This document shows, in pieces, positions 1-9,324 of a stretch of 59,102 bases of DNA. The stretch lies in contig JAGYOL010000002.1 of the NCBI GenBank assembly GCA_018399555.1, positions 1 through 59,102 on the forward strand, read 5' to 3'. The notes beneath the pieces are model-generated. The model was not told where the DNA came from. It made no database searches and saw only the letters and a program-made list of their open reading frames with translations. Source of the DNA: Kiritimatiellia bacterium. GTDB taxonomy: Bacteria; Verrucomicrobiota; Kiritimatiellia; RFP12; UBA1067. The translations under genes were made by a program, and so were the position numbers. Numbering within the stretch: position 1 is the first letter of the stretch; each line of letters starts with the position of its first letter.

Positions 1-345
1 GCGGGCACGCTTTGGCATGACCGCTTCAAAAGCGTTCTGGTGGAGGAGAGCGAGAGTGCGCAGGTGACAGTGGCGGCGTATATCGATCTTAATCCGGTGC
101 GGGCGGGGGCGGTGGAGGACCCGAAAGAGTATCGCTGGTCGGGCTACGGTGAGGCGGTCGGACGGGGAGGTCGATCTCTGGATGGAATCTGCAAGTTATT
201 TTGTGGTATGGATTTGAATAAGGGCAAGGTTCTGGCGCAATATCGCAAACGCGGGGCGCGGCGAATGCAGAGTGGTCGATGCCGTTGGAACGGACTGTGT
301 GTGGCAGGGGAGCTGCGTTCTGAAGCTGTCTGTAGCCGCAGTTGA
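1..345 (+). CDS. IS200/REP-associated (Y1-type) transposase-family protein, 3' fragment; the 5' end lies outside the window
   Basis: Frame 1 is open from base 1 (AGTLWHDRFKSVLVEE...VAAYIDLNPVRAG...YRWSGYGE). This motif string is typical of transposase-IS200-like/RayT superfamily proteins. The track ORF 40..345 is only the part after an internal GTG. Confidence 0.5.
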   Translation, partial: AGTLWHDRFKSVLVEESESAQVTVAAYIDLNPVRAGAVEDPKEYRWSGYGEAVGRGGRSLDGICKLFCGMDLNKGKVLAQYRKRGARRMQSGRCRWNGLCVAGELRSEAVCSRS

Positions 346-517
346 ATCTGGATTGGGGTCCACAGTCTCGAAAGTTACGGCAGTGTTATTCCGCAGGGCC
401 GAACTTCGCGTGGAGTGAAGGTTGCTCTTTGTTTTTATTTGTTTCGTGGTTTAATCATTACCGCAAAGAGGGTAAGAGTTTCAGGTCAACTCAAGGGTGT
501 GACTAAGCTTCCGGGAA

Positions 518-1636
518 TCACGACATTACTGGCAGTATTACGGAGAAGGTGGATCCTCTGCCCGGTTCGGAATTCAGTTGTATTTCGCCGCCGTGTTCGG
601 TCAGAATGGTACGGGCGATGCTTAATCCCAATCCGGTGCCTTTGCCACGCGGCTTGGTGGTTTGAAACGCTTTGAAAATCTTCTTCTGCTGATCCGGGGC
701 GATACCCTCACCGGTATCAATTACATCGCATTGCCAGCAAGGTTGATAGTGCTTTATCTCTCTTGTTATTGAAATATTCAAGCGGCGGCATTTACAGGCG
801 GACATGGCGTCGCAGGCATTCGCAAAAAGGTTGAGGAAAACCTGTTCGATCTGATTGCGATCGCCCCTGACCCAGTGTCGGCCTTTGATAACCGGGCAGC
901 ACACTTCGATCTTATTTTTTCGAATACGGTATGCCAGAATGCAAAGTGCGTCATTGATCGGGTCAAACAGGTCAACCGTAATATGACTCTCTTTGACGCC
1001 GCGCATGAAGTCACGCAACCTTGTGGTCAGATGTTCCATTGTTTCGGTAGATTCGCGGATGGTGTCGCAGGCTGTAAAAATCTGGTCGTTGAGTTCATCC
1101 CGGTTTATTTCCGTGTTTCGGAAAAGCTGCTCCAGCACTGTGTTGGCCAGCATGACCGCTGAGAGGGGGTTGTTGAGATCATGTACCACACCTGCCGCCA
1201 GCTCGCCGACTGCCGCCAGACGTCCGGCGTGAATAAGGCTCTCTTGCATCTCCTTTAATTTACGCAAATCGCGTGATATTGTAAATGTCTGCAGGAAGGC
1301 GCCTTGAGTGTCGCGAATCGCCAGTGTTCGCAGTTCGACCGGGATGCGGGTGCCGTCTTTTGCGACAAAAAGGCTTTCAACACTCTTTTCACCGGTACGC
1401 TTGATCTCTTTGAAACCTTGTTGAACCGCTTCCCACACCTCTGCGGCATAGAGTCGGCTTATGTTCATACCTGCAAGCTCTTCGTCGGTATAGCCCAGCA
1501 TTTCATTTGCCTTGCGATTGAAAAATATTATGTCTCCCCGTTCATCCACCGAGTGAATCATATCCGGAAAGTTATCCAGCAGCATACTGAAAAGGGTTGT
1601 TGAGCTGGTTGCTATGTTATCCTCGCTGAAAAACAT
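518..1636 (-). CDS. Cytoplasmic PAS-domain sensor histidine kinase (HisKA + HATPase_c), no transmembrane segment
   Basis: PAS-like N-terminus (FPDMIHSVDERGDIIFFNRKANEMLGYT). H-box VHDLNNPL, N-box NLFANACDAM, G-boxes DTGEGI and GTGLGLSIA. ATG preceded by GGAGGA. Confidence 0.9.
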   Translation of the reverse strand: MFFSEDNIATSSTTLFSMLLDNFPDMIHSVDERGDIIFFNRKANEMLGYTDEELAGMNISRLYAAEVWEAVQQGFKEIKRTGEKSVESLFVAKDGTRIPVELRTLAIRDTQGAFLQTFTISRDLRKLKEMQESLIHAGRLAAVGELAAGVVHDLNNPLSAVMLANTVLEQLFRNTEINRDELNDQIFTACDTIRESTETMEHLTTRLRDFMRGVKESHITVDLFDPINDALCILAYRIRKNKIEVCCPVIKGRHWVRGDRNQIEQVFLNLFANACDAMSACKCRRLNISITREIKHYQPCWQCDVIDTGEGIAPDQQKKIFKAFQTTKPRGKGTGLGLSIARTILTEHGGEIQLNSEPGRGSTFSVILPVMS

Positions 1637-1729
1637 AAATTCCTCCGTTGTAAAACGCCGTTTATCCGATGGGTTGCAGGCAATCCGTCGGGCGATTATG
1701 AAACTTTTTCATTAAGGCAATATCCGATG

Positions 1730-4700
1730 TTACGGCGTCACAAGCCGCACACGATAAAATCGACTTTTGTGAGCGGGGGCGTTGGTGTCACACCACTCCA
1801 TGCTGGTTTGGTTGTAAAGTGCTTCCCAGGGCCCGTTAGTGGTTATTACAGCGTTTTCAACCAGCGAGGTGACTGCTATGATCTGATAACTTCGTCCGCC
1901 GACGGTGCTCCAGCGCATAGCGGCCTGTGTGGTGTTAGTCGGCCCTGAAACGAACCTCAAAAAATCAAGCGTATTAGTGGGGTCGGTTCCGCATAGGTAT
2001 TCGTGCAGATTGTTCACTCCGTCGGAATCGCTGTCGGCTGTTTTCGACATGCCCCCTGGAAAGTATAGGTTTTCCCAGGTATCCGCTACCGAATTGCTGT
2101 TGGCATCCACTGGGGTCAGGTAAAGAGTATCAAGGTCAACTTCAGCTCCGGTTATCCGGTTGCTGACTGCTCCCGGCAGGATGTACGGCTCATAACCGGC
2201 GAGAGTGAGTTGCATGTCCCAGTTACATGCGCCGAGGATAATATCGGATGGCAGAAGTCCGTCCACTCCGCTCAGCCAGTTGGTGCTGTAATCGGTCAGT
2301 ATCATATTGCCGGTCACTACGGTGCCGGTGAGTGAACCGCTGGTTGCGGTGAAGGATATCTGCGCGTTTTTCAGGAAGGCGTGCGTCCATGCGTCGCGCA
2401 CCACACCGGAGCTGATCCTGAGCGTTGAAAGCATTTCAAATCCGGCCATGCGCCAGCCGCCGTCAATTTCGACCAGCCGGGGATTGGCGTAGTAAATATT
2501 GGTCAGGCTTGTCACCTGATCGGGGAGAAGAGGATCTTCGCGTGCGATAAAGTCATCTGGTTCAGGCACACTGACCAGATAGGTGCCGTTGGTGAGACCG
2601 GAAAAAACCACACTTTTTGAGCCGTTGAACTGCATTGTTCCTGTGCCTTCGACGGTGACTGTGGTGTCTGTTGGCAGTGCACTGGTGTGAACATCATCGA
2701 CACCGAGAACAATCAACGAGCCGAGACCGTCGGCTGCCGGAATTTCGATACTGAGTTCATAGGTGCCGATCGGGGTATTGGTTGATGCTGTGTAGAGAGT
2801 CACGCATGTCAGGTACCAGCCGGATTCGGGGAAGTCGATACCGGTGTATTCGCCGTAATCCGAACCCTCTTCATCCACATGATCAATCAGTTGGAGTTTT
2901 CCGTCGGGAAGCTCGCGATAGATGGCGAGTACAGTATCCAGATCATCACTGAAGTGATAGGTTTCAAAATCATAAATGAAGTTTGTGACGAGGTAGACAC
3001 GAGTCCAGTCGGTGTCGCCAACGGAGTGGAAGTTACGCTGTTGCGCGATGCCGTGATAGAGTGCGGCTGTTTGCGGCGTATCATCCGGTTCACAGGCATC
3101 GGGCAGGATTATTTCAGTTTGCACAGGTTCACTTAGCGAGCCTAGCTCATCCTGCGCGTAGAATGTGAGTATATGGGTGCCAGGCAGCAGGAATGCGGTG
3201 CTTTGTGCCTCGTGGCGTCCGGTGATTGCGTTCCACGTCAGCGTGATAGTGTCGAGGGTGTTGGTGGCACAGCCGGTCGGTGGTGTCACCACACACCAGA
3301 CATCTGAAATTGTGTTCATGCCGGCAATGCCTGATGCCCAGATTGTTATCGGTGCTCCGGGGGCAGGCAGTGCGCTTACGGGCATGACTGCGCCGATTTC
3401 AGGGGAGTCAGCGCCGGTGACAAAGGCGGAGCCGAGCGTGGTTGCGTTGGCCAGCACGCCGTCGACATTCTTCTCATTGGCTGTGCCGTTGTTGTTGTCG
3501 TCAATCTGCGCCCTCTGTCTGATGCCGCCGCTGACGCGCCGGATGGCTCGCCGGGCATCGGTATAGGCGTACCCCAGAGTCTTGCCTGCGATGATACCGG
3601 CCAGCAGATATTGCGAAAAACTGACTGTGCCTCCGTTGGCAAGCAGTGCTTCGCGTGCTGGCTGGCTGGAAGCTATGACAATGCGAGATGCATCCGGGTT
3701 GATGGCGGTTTGATCCGAAGCCAGTGACGTAAGATAGGTACCTGCGCCTGAGAAATCAAGGATGACGTTTATCGGAACGGGGTTTGTTGCCTGATAAGCG
3801 TCAAGCCAGGTGGCGAGCTGATTGGTGCTCAGGCACTCAGACTCGTTCAACCTGAAGGTGTTGTTTACGCCCTCTCCGAGCAGGTAGAGCGTCAGTCGGT
3901 CAGTAGTGTTGGTTGTTGCCCAGGCCAGAGCTTCCTGAATGGCGGCGGTATTGGGTTCTGCGAATACGTCGCTGTAGCCGTCGTCGTCCAAGTCCTGCTC
4001 GGTGTCGGGTGAAATAATACGGATATGATCGGAGGCGAACAGACGCAGACGAAAGGTGGTGTAGGCCAATTGGGTGAGATAGTCAACTGCGCTTTGATTC
4101 GATGAGTTGGTGGTACCGCCCGCCACGAATATGACACGGTCAGCATAGCCGACCTGCGAGACATAGGACTCTCTTGGAGCTGAAATATTCCCGGCTTCAT
4201 CCTGGGCGTAGAATTGAATTTTATAGGTGCCTGCCGCAGTGAAGCCGTCATAGGTGATTTCGTAGCGGCCGTTGCTGCTGTCATAGTTCAGGTCGAGTTG
4301 CGGCAGATCTGTGACTGGATTGTCGGGGTTGGGATCATGATTTGGAGGAATTACCAGGCACCAGGTCTTTGAGAGGGGATGGAGTGCCGTGACACTGCCG
4401 ATCCAGAGCGTTGCCGTCGTTTCATCAGTGAGAATCTGATTGCCGCAAATCTCACCGATTTGCGGGAGATTTTCATTGAAGGTTGAGCTTGGTCCCACAT
4501 AGGTTTCGCTCGCGACACTGTAGTCGTTGGTGGTATAGCAGCCGTCTTTATCGTCGTCGAGTTGCGCAGACTGGTAGGCGGACATGGCACTTTGGGCCAA
4601 TGAGAAGCATTGCATTACGTCGTGACCCAGCAGAACACCGGAAAAAAACGCGCCGGAGAAACTGACCAGACCTCCTGCGACAAAATAACTGGGCTGTGCA

Positions 4701-7700
4701 TCGTTACAGGCCGCTATGACAATACGCTCAGCAGTGCCGGAATAGGTTAGCTCGCTCAAAAAACTGCCTGCATAGCAGAAATCCAACAGCACGGTGACCT
4801 TCATGCCGCCACTCTCCTGCAGAGAGTCAAGCCAGGAGTCAAGTTGTGCTGCCGTAAGAATCTCATTCTGATTGAGCCGGAAGTAGCCGCAGCCCGAAGA
4901 GTTGCCGCCGTGATCCACCAAGTAGATAAATATCTGATTGGCCCCTGCCAGTTCGTTTGTGATGGCTGCGGCGGTTTCCTGCAAGCCGGATGCGGCGTCA
5001 ATATCGTCAAGTATACCATTTCCGTCCACATCCTGATCTGGAACTGGATTGAGATATATGATATTTTCTTTTGAAAAACCGCGGCAGCGCAGAGTCGCGT
5101 AGGCGTTATCGGCCAGATAGTCGGTTGTCGGCCAGAGTGTGTCATCCGCCGATTTTCTGCCGGCTACGATCATAGCTTTGCCGGCCTTGGCAAGGAGCTG
5201 TGTGCTGACAACGTCGATGCGCGAGCGTCCGAGCCGGTTGTCACGGTGCCAGGCTTCCACAACATCGGTCCGTCCGGTCATGCCGCCCGCAGTGTAGACC
5301 ACTTCTGATTCCTCGTGAGGAACAATGTCAGCTCCGCTACGATTGTGAACGAATGCCCACTGCCACCCTGATGTAGTCGAGGTTGTTGCGGTTGGAGCGA
5401 CAAGTGACTCATTTGCAGCGGAGACATTAATGTTTTTCAGAGTTACACTGGTTGCAGAGCTGATTGTGCGACGTGCCGGTGAAATCAGTAGAGCAGGTTG
5501 AAGAATTGTTGCGGCGTGCGGTACTGCGGATTTGAAATTCAGGTTTTCGTTGATCAGGAATTCGTCAGCGATGGAAACAACTCCGTCGCAATTGATGTCG
5601 CCGCGGTTATAGCCTGCAATGCCGAACTGTGACTGGCTTATCAGAAGGTCAACACTGAGAATTTCACCGTCACCGTCGCTGTCGGCGCAGCGAAGCGCGC
5701 AGAAGGTGCCTTGCTGGCTGTTGACGGTTATGCAGGCGTTTTCGCCTCCGAAGTAGGCTTCGGAGGAAACGGTGAAATCATAAACAAGTGAATCTCCTGC
5801 AAAAGTGATAGGTTCGGCAGACATAGCCGCCAGATGATTGCGGTGCCTGACCACGATATAGCAGGCACTCTGCGCAGGAAGATCGACTGCAAGTTCGGGA
5901 TTTCCGTCATCATCGACGACCCACCCGTCGCATCGCAGAAAGGCGCTGCGCGAGTACAGTGCCGCATCATTCGCCATACCCCGGAATTCGAGCAGCACCC
6001 AGTCGGTGATATTGTCGGGAATATTCGCGGCTTTGCGCCGATCGGCGGCATAGGGCGAGATTTGCGGCAGCAGAAGATTGTCATTCAGGGTGCAACTCAT
6101 TTGATTGGAGTCGGCCGCCAATGCTCCGCTCAAAAACAGTCTGACGGACAAACTCACATTAACCTCATAGGCACCGATGTCGCTGGATGTGCCGCTGATG
6201 CGCGGCTGTCCGCCACGGTCGTAGGCTTTGAACATCCAGAAGCTGTTAATTCCGGCGTCGACGCAAGGAGAATCAGAAGGCACACGAAAGTTTCCGCTCT
6301 CCGGTTTTATGAAAGAGGTGTCGAAGGAGATAGAGTTCTGATCCTGAGCGTTGGCCGCATGCCACTCCGGCAGGGATGTGAAATATTGGCGGGTGCCGGA
6401 CGCCAACTGCCATGCGCCGACTGCCGCACCGTTATCGGCGTGTAGATTGTTAAAGTCGGAGTAGTGCAGTGTACCGGGCAGAACCACCAGGCAGGCGTGT
6501 TCCGGTCGGGTGGTATGAATCAGATTATTTTTCAGCAGATTTGCCAGAGTTCCTCTGCGATTGTTATTCAATAAGTGGATGCCGTCACCACCGCAGACAA
6601 TGGTGTTGTTTTCAATGATGAACACTGTCCGGTTGCCGAAAAGATCGACGCCGCCCCTGAGTTCCAGCCCCGCTCCGTCGCCGGCGATCACATTCTGCAG
6701 AATTCGGTACTGCCCGCCGGCATTTTCGGAGCGCGGTTCAATTCTGATGGCGGCCACCGAGTTGCTCAGACAGCTGTTGCCGGTCAAGGTTACATTCCGG
6801 GCGGAGGATGCGTCAATCGCAATACCGATATCGCCATTAACGCAGGTTACATTCTCGATTTTAAGATGGTCGGCGAAAACTTGAATGCACGCGTTTGTTT
6901 TTTCTTCTCCGTCGGGCATGCGTGAAAGGATGGTTTTTTCACCGACGCCTCGAATAATGATTGGATTGTCGGCAACACCTTTGTGGGAGGGGGCTATGAC
7001 GGTGTCGCTGTTCTGGACATAAATCCCCCGATCCAGATAAACGGTGTCGCCTGCTTCAAGCGTGTAACGTGCCAGCACCTCGTCAAGCGAAGGCAGGGGC
7101 TGATCCGGTGCGGTTCCTGTGTTAAGTGTCGCGCCGGGTGCGGTGCAGTATTGATCGCCCTCTGTGGAATCGTCGTTGACATAATAGTTCCGGATTATTC
7201 GCTGAACGTAAAACAGGCTTTCGGTGGCATCAGAAACCGTGGCGTCCCGGCTGCAGATCACTCGCAGTTTCAAAGTGCCTGCGTTGAGCAATGGTGCGGG
7301 TACCTTCCAGTTGAAGGTTCCTGAAGCTGGCAGAGTGCCGGTATCGTTGATGTCAAACCACTGGCTGTCGTCGGTAGCAACCTGCAGACGGACGCTGTCA
7401 TCAGCCAGCCAACCCTGTCCGGACGAGAGCCAGGCAATGGCAAGCTCCTCGCTGTAGGTATTGCCGCCGCAGGGTGCCAGCAGCAACAGCGAACGCACAG
7501 GGCTGCTGCGTGATGCCTGCTCTGTATTACCGTAGGCACCCATGTTTATAATTCCGCCGTTAGCCGGGGGTTCTTTGTCGAGAGGCATGGCCGGGTCACC
7601 GGCATCAACACAGGGGCTGGTGGCAAAGTCAGAAACCCAGCTCCCGTTCTGCCATGAACCGCCCTGACTGCGCAGGTGGTAATCGTGCAGGCGTTGAGCG

Positions 7701-8668
7701 GTGAAAAGCGGATTGCGATTGAAGCTGTTGAGATCGAGTCCACTGATTGCTTGCCACTGTGACAGTGTCAGCTTGACTGAATAATTGGCGGCACTGAGAT
7801 CAACCACCGCGGCGGCACCGCCGTGCGCATAGAAATTATTGAAATTTGAGCTTTGCGGAATATTCAGGTCTGCGAGAGAGAGACAGGCGGACTCATCTTT
7901 AGCTGAGATTATATTGTTGATGAGCATGGTCATGCCGGGGTGTCCGCCGCAGGCGATTCCGGTTCCCTGGGAAATCGCTACGGTGTTGTTGACAACATCG
8001 AATGCGGCGCGTTTAAATCCGATACCGGCCTGCAGACTCATCCCGCCGCCGCTGCAGATGTTGTTACGGATCGAGTATGTGTCGAAGCCTTCGTCAAGGG
8101 GATCGGACAGCACCTCGATACTTAGCGATGATTGCCCGATAAAGCTGTTTTTTTCAATCCGGGCGTTACGGCAGCTTTGCGGATTGATTGTGACTGCGGT
8201 GGTTCCTCCGTAAATTTGAAAACCCTCCACATGGGTGAAGTCCTGATTTATAAAGAGAGATGGATTGGTGGACGCATCCTGGCAGATGAGGATGCTGCGG
8301 CGGTTTGCGCCGATCAGTTTGAACCATTGAGTTTCTGGTGCACCGGGTGGCGGACCGGTATCCGGTAACTCCAGGGTGTTATTCAGCGAGTATTCACCGC
8401 TGTCGACATAAATAGTGTCGCCGAACGAGGGTGCGTAGCGTACGATTACCGAGTGGATGTCCGGCAGCGGAGTCGCAGGCGTCAGTCCGTCATTGTCCGG
8501 ACTGCCGGGGGAACTGCACCAGAGGTCATTTGCGATGGAGTCGTTGTTGACGAAGTAGGTGTTCTGTGCAATGCCGGTCATTGCGATGTTCAGCCAGAGG
8601 GTGACAACCAGAAGAAAAGGCATCTGAATAGCGGTAGGTGGGACAAGTGCGAGGGTGGTTTTTCTCAT
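1730..8668 (-). CDS. Giant (2312 aa) secreted multidomain protein. Domain order: signal peptide, two right-handed beta-helix modules, dockerin-like Ca-binding repeat, two legumain (peptidase C13)-like modules each followed by an Ig-like domain, a PPC-like domain, and a thrombospondin-type-3-like DxDxDG motif near the C-terminus.
   Basis: Uninterrupted 6.9-kb ORF with a hydrophobic N-terminal signal. YFVNND..GDTIYVDSGEY and YYVNDD..GDTVYLDRGIY are beta-helix starts, and both modules end in GAYG/GAYE. DSDGDG..DINCDGVVS is dockerin-like. VDHGG/DFCYAGSF is a clan-CD dyad. CEPDDTPQTA..GDTDW is PPC-like. DSDSDGVNNLHEYLCGTDP is TSP3-like. Confidence 0.85.
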   Translation of the reverse strand: MRKTTLALVPPTAIQMPFLLVVTLWLNIAMTGIAQNTYFVNNDSIANDLWCSSPGSPDNDGLTPATPLPDIHSVIVRYAPSFGDTIYVDSGEYSLNNTLELPDTGPPPGAPETQWFKLIGANRRSILICQDASTNPSLFINQDFTHVEGFQIYGGTTAVTINPQSCRNARIEKNSFIGQSSLSIEVLSDPLDEGFDTYSIRNNICSGGGMSLQAGIGFKRAAFDVVNNTVAISQGTGIACGGHPGMTMLINNIISAKDESACLSLADLNIPQSSNFNNFYAHGGAAAVVDLSAANYSVKLTLSQWQAISGLDLNSFNRNPLFTAQRLHDYHLRSQGGSWQNGSWVSDFATSPCVDAGDPAMPLDKEPPANGGIINMGAYGNTEQASRSSPVRSLLLLAPCGGNTYSEELAIAWLSSGQGWLADDSVRLQVATDDSQWFDINDTGTLPASGTFNWKVPAPLLNAGTLKLRVICSRDATVSDATESLFYVQRIIRNYYVNDDSTEGDQYCTAPGATLNTGTAPDQPLPSLDEVLARYTLEAGDTVYLDRGIYVQNSDTVIAPSHKGVADNPIIIRGVGEKTILSRMPDGEEKTNACIQVFADHLKIENVTCVNGDIGIAIDASSARNVTLTGNSCLSNSVAAIRIEPRSENAGGQYRILQNVIAGDGAGLELRGGVDLFGNRTVFIIENNTIVCGGDGIHLLNNNRRGTLANLLKNNLIHTTRPEHACLVVLPGTLHYSDFNNLHADNGAAVGAWQLASGTRQYFTSLPEWHAANAQDQNSISFDTSFIKPESGNFRVPSDSPCVDAGINSFWMFKAYDRGGQPRISGTSSDIGAYEVNVSLSVRLFLSGALAADSNQMSCTLNDNLLLPQISPYAADRRKAANIPDNITDWVLLEFRGMANDAALYSRSAFLRCDGWVVDDDGNPELAVDLPAQSACYIVVRHRNHLAAMSAEPITFAGDSLVYDFTVSSEAYFGGENACITVNSQQGTFCALRCADSDGDGEILSVDLLISQSQFGIAGYNRGDINCDGVVSIADEFLINENLNFKSAVPHAATILQPALLISPARRTISSATSVTLKNINVSAANESLVAPTATTSTTSGWQWAFVHNRSGADIVPHEESEVVYTAGGMTGRTDVVEAWHRDNRLGRSRIDVVSTQLLAKAGKAMIVAGRKSADDTLWPTTDYLADNAYATLRCRGFSKENIIYLNPVPDQDVDGNGILDDIDAASGLQETAAAITNELAGANQIFIYLVDHGGNSSGCGYFRLNQNEILTAAQLDSWLDSLQESGGMKVTVLLDFCYAGSFLSELTYSGTAERIVIAACNDAQPSYFVAGGLVSFSGAFFSGVLLGHDVMQCFSLAQSAMSAYQSAQLDDDKDGCYTTNDYSVASETYVGPSSTFNENLPQIGEICGNQILTDETTATLWIGSVTALHPLSKTWCLVIPPNHDPNPDNPVTDLPQLDLNYDSSNGRYEITYDGFTAAGTYKIQFYAQDEAGNISAPRESYVSQVGYADRVIFVAGGTTNSSNQSAVDYLTQLAYTTFRLRLFASDHIRIISPDTEQDLDDDGYSDVFAEPNTAAIQEALAWATTNTTDRLTLYLLGEGVNNTFRLNESECLSTNQLATWLDAYQATNPVPINVILDFSGAGTYLTSLASDQTAINPDASRIVIASSQPAREALLANGGTVSFSQYLLAGIIAGKTLGYAYTDARRAIRRVSGGIRQRAQIDDNNNGTANEKNVDGVLANATTLGSAFVTGADSPEIGAVMPVSALPAPGAPITIWASGIAGMNTISDVWCVVTPPTGCATNTLDTITLTWNAITGRHEAQSTAFLLPGTHILTFYAQDELGSLSEPVQTEIILPDACEPDDTPQTAALYHGIAQQRNFHSVGDTDWTRVYLVTNFIYDFETYHFSDDLDTVLAIYRELPDGKLQLIDHVDEEGSDYGEYTGIDFPESGWYLTCVTLYTASTNTPIGTYELSIEIPAADGLGSLIVLGVDDVHTSALPTDTTVTVEGTGTMQFNGSKSVVFSGLTNGTYLVSVPEPDDFIAREDPLLPDQVTSLTNIYYANPRLVEIDGGWRMAGFEMLSTLRISSGVVRDAWTHAFLKNAQISFTATSGSLTGTVVTGNMILTDYSTNWLSGVDGLLPSDIILGACNWDMQLTLAGYEPYILPGAVSNRITGAEVDLDTLYLTPVDANSNSVADTWENLYFPGGMSKTADSDSDGVNNLHEYLCGTDPTNTLDFLRFVSGPTNTTQAAMRWSTVGGRSYQIIAVTSLVENAVITTNGPWEALYNQTSMEWCDTNAPAHKSRFYRVRLVTP
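3644..4138 (-). other. Legumain-like module 2, dyad replaced (Glu1599 at 3872..3874 for His; Ser1640 at 3749..3751 for Cys); predicted pseudo-peptidase
   Basis: RVIFVAGG...LTLYLLGEGVN...INVILDFSGAGTY...RIVIASSQ. Module 1 has 89 residues from its first residue (AMIVAG) through the His; module 2 has 89 from its first residue (RVIFVAG) through the substituted Glu. Confidence 0.6.
4682..5176 (-). other. Legumain/peptidase-C13-like module 1 with intact His/Cys dyad (His1253 at 4910..4912, Cys1298 at 4775..4777)
   Basis: AMIVAGRK...IFIYLVDHGGN...VTVLLDFCYAGSF...RIVIAACN. This is the order and spacing of the clan-CD His-Gly / Ala-Cys motifs. Confidence 0.6.
6158..7192 (-). other. Beta-helix module 2 of the giant protein (aa ~493-837)
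   Basis: RNYYVNDD...GDTVYLDRGIY start parallel to module 1, ends SDIGAYEVN. Confidence 0.6.
7526..8563 (-). other. Beta-helix module 1 of the giant protein (aa ~36-381)
   Basis: NTYFVNND...GDTIYVDSGEY start, repetitive N/G/I-rich rungs, ends INMGAYGN. Confidence 0.6.
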
Positions 8669-9297
8669 GGCTGATCCTCCTGCTGAACAGTTTCGGCTTG
8701 TGGCTGTGCCGATATTTGTGTGGCTGTGATCTGTTTTCGCAGTGTCGCAATCCGCCGTTCACATCGCTGTCGACGGTCGGCGTCATTTGCGGTCATCTGA
8801 GCCAGAATCAGGGTTTTGATGGCTGAGTGCTTTTCATCGAGGGCATTCTGGGCTTCGGCGAGTTGCCAAAGCAGCGTGAAGCGTTGTTGTGAATCCGGTT
8901 TTTTTTGCAATGCCTGACACAGAAGTAATGCGGCGTCCCTGTGTTGTTCCAGTTGTGCATAAATCCCGGCCAGATAGGCGGCAGGTTGCGGGTGACGACT
9001 GGCCACACGCCTTGCCCAAGACAGCGTTTTTGCCGGCTGTTGCATTCTGCTGTAAAGGTTGACCAGTCGGGGGGCGAGGTTCACTTCAAAGCCGATATCG
9101 CGCCGTAAAAGCTCTTCATAAGCCGCAACCGCTACGGAATTGCGTCCTTGGTTCTCAGCGGTTACCGCCTGCCGCATCAATGTTGCCGACGCATCATCGG
9201 TGCATTTTTCCGTCGCCAAGACTCCGCCGCAGGCGCACAGCAGAATCAGAGTTCCACCCAGGCGGACTCTTTTAAGTTTTATAAGTGTCAAAATCAT
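8665..9297 (-). CDS. Small secreted or lipid-anchored TPR-like helical-repeat protein
   Basis: N-terminal hydrophobic signal (LGGTLILLCACGG) and helical repeat content (AVAAYEELLRRD..., AAYLAGIYAQLEQHRDAALLL). Its stop overlaps the start of the giant gene (ATGA at 8665..8668). Confidence 0.65.
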   Translation of the reverse strand: MILTLIKLKRVRLGGTLILLCACGGVLATEKCTDDASATLMRQAVTAENQGRNSVAVAAYEELLRRDIGFEVNLAPRLVNLYSRMQQPAKTLSWARRVASRHPQPAAYLAGIYAQLEQHRDAALLLCQALQKKPDSQQRFTLLWQLAEAQNALDEKHSAIKTLILAQMTANDADRRQRCERRIATLRKQITATQISAQPQAETVQQEDQP

Positions 9298-9324
9298 TTT
9301 ATTTTAATCCCATACGTGTATCTC

